Part shown: piece after piece, positions 47,999 to 55,280 of the stretch
Layout: every line of letters begins with the position of its first letter
Position numbering within the stretch: the stretch's first letter is position 1
Assembly: GCA_964467765.1 (NCBI GenBank)
Contig: CAYXSS010000004.1
Location: 1 to 55,654 of the forward strand
DNA: 55,654 nt
Reading direction: 5' to 3'
Source: an uncultured Candidatus Saccharibacteria bacterium
GTDB taxonomy: Bacteria > Patescibacteriota > Minisyncoccia > UBA6257 > 2-01-FULL-56-20
Translations under genes and position numbers: made by a program
Notes under the pieces: generated by a model
What the model was told of the DNA's origin: nothing
Seen by the model: only the letters and a program-made list of their open reading frames with translations
Database searches by the model: none

Positions 47999-48637
47999 AT
48001 GAACGGAACATTTGCGAGCAACAATGAAATACCAGGGGTCGGCGCCGTTCGCTTGCTCGGCATCGCAGGCATAGTAGGAGCTTCTTCGCTGCTTGCGGCA
48101 TTAACCGCCATGCATTTTCTTCGGCCGGAATTTAATTACGTTGCTGAATATGTGAGCAATTATGCCAACGGCCCCTATGGTTTTCTTTTTGCGTTATCGC
48201 TTCTCGTGCATGGTATAGGAAACGCAGCTATGGCGGTCGGCCTTGGTTATATTCTAAGCGACAGATGGGGCAAGACGGGAGCAGTACTTTTTGGGCTTGC
48301 TGCGGTTGGTATTATATTAGGAGGTCTTTTTTCTACCGATCCGGGCGGTTCGACGCGGACTGTTTTCGGCACCATCCATGCCGCCGCCGCCCTTGTTGCA
48401 TTTCCAATTGAAATTTTAGCCTTGTTATTTTTGAGACGCTCTTTTTCTCTGACTTCCCGCTGGAAATCATTTACCAGCACAACCGACGTTGTCGCCGCAA
48501 TCAGTGCTGCAGGATTCTTGATGGTGCTCGCGCTTCTTAACTTTTGGACCTTGCCGGGGCTGGTAGAGCGAGCCGTTAGTACGCCGCTTCTTGTTTGGGA
48601 GTTTTTTGTTGGCTTTCGTCTTGCTAGATATTCGTAA
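47999..48637 (+). CDS. DUF998 family membrane protein
   Basis: HFLRPE..YVSNYA.GP, FSTDP, GTIH, GLVER. Confidence 0.8.
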   Translation: MNGTFASNNEIPGVGAVRLLGIAGIVGASSLLAALTAMHFLRPEFNYVAEYVSNYANGPYGFLFALSLLVHGIGNAAMAVGLGYILSDRWGKTGAVLFGLAAVGIILGGLFSTDPGGSTRTVFGTIHAAAALVAFPIEILALLFLRRSFSLTSRWKSFTSTTDVVAAISAAGFLMVLALLNFWTLPGLVERAVSTPLLVWEFFVGFRLARYS

Positions 48638-48652
48638 TCATATCGACTTTTT

Positions 48653-49012
48653 ATGAAAAATTTTTTAACCTATCAATTTTTGATTCGTTCGGGCCTTGCA
48701 ATTGTATTTTTTGCTAATTCTCTAAAGGCTTTTTTTGCTCCGAAAGAATTCATCGAGATCGTCGAGCGCGCATTCTTTGCCGGTGCTTTGCCGGTATCCG
48801 CAGAAACGTTTGTGGTGATAATAGGAATCAACGATGTCTTGGTGGCAATTCTGTTATTGTGGGGCATTAGAACGCGGCTGGTTGCAATATGGGCGGTGCT
48901 TTGGATTATCGGCGCAACGGTAACACAGGCCGCGTTATTGGAAGCCCTGGAAGAGGTTGGTTTTTTAGCTATGGCGGTCGCGCTAATATATGATAGGCAA
49001 ATGAACACCTAA
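48653..49012 (+). CDS. DoxX-like membrane protein
   Basis: IRSGLAIVF, IGINDV..LLLWG..R..A; 4 TM. Confidence 0.65.
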   Translation: MKNFLTYQFLIRSGLAIVFFANSLKAFFAPKEFIEIVERAFFAGALPVSAETFVVIIGINDVLVAILLLWGIRTRLVAIWAVLWIIGATVTQAALLEALEEVGFLAMAVALIYDRQMNT

Positions 49013-51465
49013 TGAATCACGATCATAGCAACACAAACGGTATGCCGGCTCGTAACCAACGCCCGGAAGAAAAACCAGCCATACCCGTAAATGACAAGGG
49101 GGAGACGGTTTACACCTGTCCCATGCATCCGGAAGTTCGGCAGTCAAAGCCCGGAAGATGCCCCGGATGCGGCATGGAGCTTATTAAAGAGAAAAGAGGC
49201 AAAGAGACAGCCAAAGAACACGGAACGCATGATGTTTCAAAAATGAGCCACAAAGATCATGAGGCAGCCATGACAGATCCGAGAGTCGCAAAAAAAATGG
49301 AAGCGGATATGCGCCGAAGATTTTGGATTTCGTTTGTCCTGCTTGTACCGATTTTTCTTTATTCTCCGGTTGCCACCGATTATTTTAAATTGGAACTTCC
49401 ATCGCCGATTTCGGTGAACCTGCTTCTATTTCTCCTCACTACGCCGATAGTTTTTTGGACCGGCTCAATATTTATTACCGGTACTTATTGGTCGCTCAAG
49501 GCGCGTAAACTTAATATGGCGGTTTTGGTTGCAACCGGCGTTTTGGCCGCTTATCTATTCAGCGTTCTCCTCACTTTTGCTCAACCAAACGCCAGAACTT
49601 TCTATGAGGCAGCAGCGGCTTTGGTTACGTTCGTATTGTTTGGCCACTGGATGGAAATGCGTTCGCGGCGAGGTACGTCGGAAGCCTTGAGAGCATTATT
49701 TGATCTTGTGCCGCCGCAAGCAACGGTGATCCGCGACAGCAAAGAAATTGTCATCCCCAGCGTAGAAGTTATAAAAGGAGATATTGTGGTAATTCGTCCA
49801 GGCAATAAAATTCCCGTAGACGGAGAGGTTATCGATGGCGAAACCTACATTGATGAAGCGTTGGTAACCGGTGAATCCCTGCCGGTTCATAAAAAACTCG
49901 GCAGCCAGGTGGTTGGCGGCTCCATCAACCAACGAGGTTCGATTAAATTTAAGGCGGTGAAAGTCGGCGGGGAGACGGTGCTCGCGCAGATTATCAAAAT
50001 GGTGGAAACCGCGCAGAATTCTAAGGCACCCGGTCAAAGAATCGCCGATAAGGCCGCAGGAATTCTTGTTGTCGTTGCCATTGGTTCGGGATTGTCGGCT
50101 TTCATGGGTTGGTATTTTGCAGCCGGCATCGGCATGATTGGTGCGCTTACTTTTGCTGTTTCCACCGTCGTCATTGCCTGTCCCGACGCGTTGGGACTTG
50201 CCACGCCAACGGCCGTTGCGGTTGGCACCGGTCTTGGTGCCAAACACAACATTCTTATTAAAGACGCAACGACTCTCGAAAAAACTTCTAAAATCAACGC
50301 AATGATTTTGGATAAAACAGGAACGCTTACCAAGGGCGAGCCGGCGGTAACGGATATAATTTCATTCATCGAAACGAAGAGTCAAAACGTGCAAGCCGAG
50401 ATTCTTCGTGTCGCCGCGTCAATTGAAAAACACTCCGAACATCCGTTGGCCAAAACCATCGTGGACAAAGCATCAAAGGACAGCCTGGAACTTCTTAATG
50501 TTTCTAAGTTTGAAGCGGTCGCCGGTCACGGAGTAAAGGGTTTTATTGTCGGTCTTGCGGCCGGTTTGGGAAAAAAGTCTTCTCACCCGCTCGACACAGC
50601 GATTCAAAAAGAAGCAGAAGCCCTGCACGCGAATAAACCGGATGTCGCGGAATTTAAAGTAGAACCCGGCTTTGGATTACAGGGAAAAGTAAACAGTGAA
50701 GGCCGCCCCTCGCAAGGCGAGCCCAGTTCCGAAGGAGCTGGGCACCTGGTACTTTTGGGAAACCAGCGGCTTATGGAAGAACGTGGGATATTGGTAAATT
50801 ACGATGCGCGGCAGAAATTGGAGCAGCTGCAAAATGACGGAAAAACCGCTATGTTTTTGGCTCTCGACAACGAAGTAATCGGAGCTATCGCAGTTGCCGA
50901 TACAATCAGGGAGAATTCCAAACGAGCGATTGCAGAACTTCGTAAAAACGGCATAGAAATTATTATGATTACCGGCGACAATCAGCGCACCGCCGAAGCA
51001 ATTTCCAAACAGCTTGGCATTGACCGCGTGTTTGCGGATGTTTTGCCCGCCGATAAAGCAAAATGGGTTAAAAAACTTCAGGACGAAGGCAAATTCGTAG
51101 CCATGGTTGGCGACGGTATCAATGATGCGCCGGCGCTGGCGCAGGCGGACATTGGCATTGCCATTGGCGCCGGCACGGACGTTGCCATTGAAACAGGAAA
51201 CATTGTACTAATGAAATCCGATCCGTACGATATCGTAGCGGCAATTCGCTTAAGCAGGGCGACGGTCGTAAAAATGAAACAGAACCTTTTTTGGGCGGCG
51301 ATTTACAACGTGCTTTCAATCCCGGTTGCCGCAGGCGTATTCTATAACTCCCTTGGCTGGTCGTTGCGCCCGGAAGTTTCAGCGCTCCTTATGTCCGCAT
51401 CTTCGATTATTGTTGCGACAAATGCGGTTTTACTGAAGCGCGTTGAACCGCGCCTGCGTTTATAA
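49012..51465 (+). CDS. copper-translocating P1B ATPase with CPD motif and N-terminal YTCPMHP domain
   Basis: YTCPMHP..CPGCGM, His/Met linker, TGES, IACPDALGLATP, DKTGT, GDGIND, YN, MSASS. Confidence 0.93.
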   Translation: MNHDHSNTNGMPARNQRPEEKPAIPVNDKGETVYTCPMHPEVRQSKPGRCPGCGMELIKEKRGKETAKEHGTHDVSKMSHKDHEAAMTDPRVAKKMEADMRRRFWISFVLLVPIFLYSPVATDYFKLELPSPISVNLLLFLLTTPIVFWTGSIFITGTYWSLKARKLNMAVLVATGVLAAYLFSVLLTFAQPNARTFYEAAAALVTFVLFGHWMEMRSRRGTSEALRALFDLVPPQATVIRDSKEIVIPSVEVIKGDIVVIRPGNKIPVDGEVIDGETYIDEALVTGESLPVHKKLGSQVVGGSINQRGSIKFKAVKVGGETVLAQIIKMVETAQNSKAPGQRIADKAAGILVVVAIGSGLSAFMGWYFAAGIGMIGALTFAVSTVVIACPDALGLATPTAVAVGTGLGAKHNILIKDATTLEKTSKINAMILDKTGTLTKGEPAVTDIISFIETKSQNVQAEILRVAASIEKHSEHPLAKTIVDKASKDSLELLNVSKFEAVAGHGVKGFIVGLAAGLGKKSSHPLDTAIQKEAEALHANKPDVAEFKVEPGFGLQGKVNSEGRPSQGEPSSEGAGHLVLLGNQRLMEERGILVNYDARQKLEQLQNDGKTAMFLALDNEVIGAIAVADTIRENSKRAIAELRKNGIEIIMITGDNQRTAEAISKQLGIDRVFADVLPADKAKWVKKLQDEGKFVAMVGDGINDAPALAQADIGIAIGAGTDVAIETGNIVLMKSDPYDIVAAIRLSRATVVKMKQNLFWAAIYNVLSIPVAAGVFYNSLGWSLRPEVSALLMSASSIIVATNAVLLKRVEPRLRL

Positions 51466-51498
51466 CCTTACAACACACTTGAAGACGTGGCCGGTCTA

Positions 51499-51527
51499 TT
51501 GTAAATTAAACCGATACGAGGTATGAT
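51499..51527 (+). promoter_or_regulatory. sigma70 promoter for the last operon
   Basis: TTGTAA-17 nt-TATGAT. Confidence 0.55.
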
Positions 51528-51554
51528 GGATTTATTAAATTGAAGTAAAATAAC

Positions 51555-51890
51555 ATGGAGAAAAAAACAGCAATTGTTATTATGATAACTGCTCTTGTGG
51601 CCGGAGGTTTGTTGGGCTACTTTGCCAAAGGGTCGCGAACTTCATTAAGTACCAATTATTTGCGCGAAACGGCCAACCTTATGAAAACCGACGGTTCAAG
51701 CATGATGGAGCACGGACAAATGATGATGTCTGCTGGTCAGATGATGCGGCAAAAAGGCGAAAAGTATAAGGATCAAGAAATGATACAAGAAAGTCAGAAG
51801 TTGCAGCAACATGGTCAAATGTTGCAAGATGAAGGCACGACCATGATGGCCAGCGGCAATAGCATGATGCAAACCATGGGGCAACAATAA
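51555..51890 (+). CDS. exported Met-rich heptad-repeat protein
   Basis: TM/signal, then GxxMM heptads; 17 Met in 111 aa. Confidence 0.8.
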   Translation: MEKKTAIVIMITALVAGGLLGYFAKGSRTSLSTNYLRETANLMKTDGSSMMEHGQMMMSAGQMMRQKGEKYKDQEMIQESQKLQQHGQMLQDEGTTMMASGNSMMQTMGQQ

Positions 51891-51907
51891 CAAAGAAAGG
51901 CCGCTTT

Positions 51908-52345
51908 ATGTTAACGAAACCATTAACAATTTTGATTATCCCAAGCCTACTTGCCGTTGGTTTGTTTGGAATATTCGGGATAAATATGACAAATTACAAC
52001 GGTCAGCATTCTTGCCCCGTTTCCGCGTTGTCGAGCGACAACTGTTCGTCTTCCGATGGTCCGCTCGCCGAAATATTTCATCACGTTTCGGTGTTGCAGA
52101 ATTTTGCACAAAGCGTTGTTGGCACTAATGCTCCGTTTTTAACCCTTTCCGTTATTTTGATTATTGTGCTTTGGTTTTTCAGACTGACAGCGCCAAAAGA
52201 ACCGCTGGCGAAAATTTTTTCTCATAAAAGATACTATCGCGACAAGGCAGAGCTTCGCCAGCCAAAACAACGGCTTTTGCGCTGGCTTGTTTTGTGTGAA
52301 AAAAGAGATCCGCATGCACTGCGATGGGTGCATGACTATTCCTGA
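51908..52345 (+). CDS. 2-TM Cys/His protein (putative leader)
   Basis: TM-QHSCPVSALSSDNC..FHH-TM, C-terminus RWLVLCEKRDPH. Confidence 0.7.
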   Translation: MLTKPLTILIIPSLLAVGLFGIFGINMTNYNGQHSCPVSALSSDNCSSSDGPLAEIFHHVSVLQNFAQSVVGTNAPFLTLSVILIIVLWFFRLTAPKEPLAKIFSHKRYYRDKAELRQPKQRLLRWLVLCEKRDPHALRWVHDYS

Positions 52346-52384
52346 TCCACCAGGGATATTTAGGGATTTTGCCTTAAATTCATG

Positions 52385-52414
52385 CACCCGCCAAAAGGTC
52401 TTGGCGGGTGTTTT
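52385..52414 (+). terminator. terminator/attenuator-like hairpin before ccdA
   Basis: CACCCGCCAA-AAGGTC-TTGGCGGGTG-TTTT, perfect 10-bp stem. Confidence 0.75.
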
Positions 52415-52457
52415 GGTTAGCGGTTCGATAAATTCACCTTAAACAAAACAAAACATT

Positions 52458-53363
52458 ATGGAATTATTACTAAGCGCATCGTTAATAGCGGCATTCATCG
52501 CCGGAGTGGCGGCGCTCTTTGCGCCGTGCTGCATCACCGTGCTTTTGCCTGCGTATTTCGCATCTATTTTTCGGGAGCGATATAAGGTATTTCTGATGAC
52601 TTTCGTTTTTTTCTTGGGATTGCTTGCTGTTTTTCTGCCGATAGGTCTTGGCGTCGCGGCGCTCGGTCAGTTCTTCAGCCAATACCACAACGCCATTTTT
52701 GGAATCGGCGGCGTATTTTTGATTCTCTTGGGGCTTATCCTCCTTACCGGCAAGCATTTCTCAATGCCGTTTCGGGTTAGTCCGACCCTGAAAAAACATA
52801 ACGTGATTTCGGTTTTTGTCCTCGGCATTTTTTCTGGAATCGCTGTTGGTTGTTGCGCGCCGGTATTAGCTGGAGTTTTGGCCTTAGCAGTTCTTCCCGG
52901 ATCAATAGTCTGGGGCGGAATTTATACCTTGAGCTATGTACTCGGCATGGTTGCCCCGCTGTTCTTTTTGTCTCTTGTTATGGATAAAACCGGCATTACC
53001 CGGAAACTTAGCGGCTCGCTTCAGAGGCGTATCGAGTATTCGGTTGGAAGCAAAAAGTTCAACATCGCGGTTTCCGAAGCCATTTCCGGAATTACGTTTT
53101 TTACAATGGGAACATTGATTTTTTACTTGGCCCTGACAAACCGACTTTTTGTTCATTCTGGATATCAGGTAACTATCAACGTGTTTCTCACTAAGATTTT
53201 GAATTCGGTAAATGGTTTCATAAAGGTCGTACCCGAATATGTCTGGGCGATCATTTTACTGACAGCAATCGCCCTGATCGTGAAAATAGCAATAAATCAA
53301 TTAAAACAGCCCTCCCTTGCCCAAGAAGCTTCGGAGGACAAAGAACAAGAAGAACCTCGTTAG
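52458..53363 (+). CDS. CcdA/DsbD-type transmembrane electron transporter
   Basis: FAPCCITVLLP and GCCAPVL; YVLGM. Confidence 0.88.
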   Translation: MELLLSASLIAAFIAGVAALFAPCCITVLLPAYFASIFRERYKVFLMTFVFFLGLLAVFLPIGLGVAALGQFFSQYHNAIFGIGGVFLILLGLILLTGKHFSMPFRVSPTLKKHNVISVFVLGIFSGIAVGCCAPVLAGVLALAVLPGSIVWGGIYTLSYVLGMVAPLFFLSLVMDKTGITRKLSGSLQRRIEYSVGSKKFNIAVSEAISGITFFTMGTLIFYLALTNRLFVHSGYQVTINVFLTKILNSVNGFIKVVPEYVWAIILLTAIALIVKIAINQLKQPSLAQEASEDKEQEEPR

Positions 53364-53487
53364 AAGCCTAGCGCAGAAAAAATGTTAATTTTTTCTGCGC
53401 GGCGATAACGGGACATAGCCAATAACAAAATAATAGAATCCTATTTGAAATTGATCCTTGATCATATAAAAGTAGGCCTCTAACGAG
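53356..53487. repeat. MITE-like element with 15-bp terminal inverted repeats
   Basis: CTCGTTAGAAGCCTA..TAGGCCTCTAACGAG (14/15 match); internal hairpin GCGCAGAAAAAA..TTTTTTCTGCGC. Confidence 0.7.
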
Positions 53488-54120
53488 ATGAAAAAAAATA
53501 ACATGAAAACAATAGCATCAATTATAGTCGTGGTTTTGATCGTGGGCGTACTGTTCTACTTCGGCGGCAGAAGCAAAACCAGCGCTTTGCCCGCTACGGC
53601 AATCGATCCCATGCATGCCGGGACAGCTAATGTTTCTCCCGCCGCGTCGCTGAATAATCTGTTGAACAAACAAACGCCGTCATTCTCTTTCACGGACAAA
53701 AACGGCACTGTCTATTCGTCAGAAAATATGCGCGGCAAAAACGTCATTCTTTTCTTTAGCGAAGGATTGATGTGTTATCCGGCGTGCTGGAATCAAATCG
53801 TTGCCTTGGCAAAAGACGATCGATTCAGGACGGCAAACACTGCAGTTCTGACCGTGGTGGTTGATTCAAAGGACGATTGGCAAAAAGCAATAGACAAGAT
53901 GCCGGAACTTGCTCAAGCAACGGTAGTATTTGACGAAGGAGCGGTGGTTTCTAAAAAATTTAACATGCTTGGAATGCCGTCTTCCATGCACCCCGGTTCG
54001 CTTCCCGGCCATACCTTTGTTTTAATCGACAAAGAAGGAGTGGTCCAATACGTCTTTGACGATCCGCAAATGGGAATTCGAAACAATCAACTGATCTCCG
54101 AAGTCGCGAAATTAAAATAA
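53488..54120 (+). CDS. membrane-anchored redoxin (AhpC/TSA/ResA-like)
   Basis: PSFSFTD, RGKNVILFF, MCYPAC, FVLIDKEGVV; alternative start 53503. Confidence 0.85.
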   Translation: MKKNNMKTIASIIVVVLIVGVLFYFGGRSKTSALPATAIDPMHAGTANVSPAASLNNLLNKQTPSFSFTDKNGTVYSSENMRGKNVILFFSEGLMCYPACWNQIVALAKDDRFRTANTAVLTVVVDSKDDWQKAIDKMPELAQATVVFDEGAVVSKKFNMLGMPSSMHPGSLPGHTFVLIDKEGVVQYVFDDPQMGIRNNQLISEVAKLK

Positions 54121-54122
54121 AT

Positions 54123-54193
54123 TCCAGTTAGAGGTCGCGCTCGCGCCAAAGACGCGAGTTCAAAGGACCGCGGCGCGGCTATTTCTAACTGGA
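54123..54193. repeat. structured GTTAGA..TCTAAC repeat, copy B
   Basis: TCCAGTTAGA..TCTAACTGGA perfect 10-bp inverted repeat; inner CTCGCG/CGCGAG hairpin. Confidence 0.78.
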
Positions 54194-54201
54194 CAAAAAT
54201 C

Positions 54202-55221
54202 ATGGAAGAAGAAACAAAAAACGAGGTGTTCGAGGATATCCGGTCGGTTAAAAAACAACCCAAAACAGATCGCGTGCTTCCTGTAAGCATTTTTATCTCG
54301 GCAATAATAATTGCTGGCGCATGGGTGTATGCCGCAGGGCTTAAAAACATTCCTCAACGGCAGACGGCTTCGACACTTTCGCCATCTTTACAAAAAACCC
54401 AAGGATCGGAGCTGGAAGAAAAAGTAATACCGTCGGAGGGGGTTGTTTTGCCGGCTACGTGGGGCGATCTTGGCGCAAAACTTGTAAACGTGGGCGCGAT
54501 TGACGCCGACCAATTCAAAACGATCTACGAACAAAGAGGAAGTTTTACCGACGAATATAAAAACCTGTTGCTTGGGCAGAGCGACGGAAGATTAAAAATT
54601 ACACAGGATAATGCCGGCTATCTGTTGAATTTGTTTTGGGCTCTCGGCCTGGCGCAAAAAAATCAGATACTTGAATCAGGAGAAATGGTCGACCCGAGAT
54701 ACGGAGGTACTCAAAATTTTGCTTCGACCGGAGGTTGGACAATTGCCAAGGGAAACGCGATGGATCACTACAGCCGTCATGTATTGTTTAGGCTGACGCC
54801 GGAACAGCAAGCGCTTGTTGATAAAATCTCGAAAGGCATTTATCGGCCGTGTTGCGGCAATTCAACTCATTTCCCGGACTGCAATCACGGGATGGCGATG
54901 TTGGGTCTCTTGGAACTTATGGCTTCGCAAGGCGCAAGCGAAGATGAAATGTGGAGGGCGGCTCTTGCCGCCAACTCTTATTGGTTTCCCGACATCTATC
55001 TCACTGTCGCGACTTATATGAAAGACAAGGGGATTGACTGGAAAGATGTAAGTCCGCAAGAAGTGCTTGGGGCCGATTATTCAAGCGCTCCGGGATATGC
55101 GAGAATTTCCGCTCAAATCAGCCAGCCCCAGCCGGTGCGCAGCGGAGGCGGTTGCGGAATAGATACCGGACAACCTGTCCAACCGCAACCACAGCGTCGA
55201 CAAGGCGGATGCGGCATATAA
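54202..55221 (+). CDS. membrane-anchored exported 'YRPCC..DCNHG' protein (paralog of the C-terminal domain of 24465..26153)
   Basis: NFASTGGW, YRPCCGNSTHFPDCNHG, ELMASQG, two GGCGI tails. Confidence 0.88.
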   Translation: MEEETKNEVFEDIRSVKKQPKTDRVLPVSIFISAIIIAGAWVYAAGLKNIPQRQTASTLSPSLQKTQGSELEEKVIPSEGVVLPATWGDLGAKLVNVGAIDADQFKTIYEQRGSFTDEYKNLLLGQSDGRLKITQDNAGYLLNLFWALGLAQKNQILESGEMVDPRYGGTQNFASTGGWTIAKGNAMDHYSRHVLFRLTPEQQALVDKISKGIYRPCCGNSTHFPDCNHGMAMLGLLELMASQGASEDEMWRAALAANSYWFPDIYLTVATYMKDKGIDWKDVSPQEVLGADYSSAPGYARISAQISQPQPVRSGGGCGIDTGQPVQPQPQRRQGGCGI

Positions 55222-55245
55222 TTCCTGTTCATTAAAGATACCTTG

Positions 55246-55280
55246 AAGAAAAAGCGCCGATCTATTCGGCGGTTTTTCTT
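55246..55280. terminator. probable bidirectional terminator
   Basis: AAGAAAAAGCGCCGA-TCTAT-TCGGCGGTTTTTCTT between convergent genes. Confidence 0.7.

Noticed and set aside
28650-53363. CcdA genes as evidence of cytochrome c maturation
   Set aside because: No ccsA/ccm genes and no CxxCH proteins noticed; a general thiol-reduction role fits better
22600-55280. Metal region as a transposon, ICE or prophage
   Set aside because: No transposase, integrase, relaxase or phage genes and no flanking direct repeats seen; it may be a native or long-resident cluster
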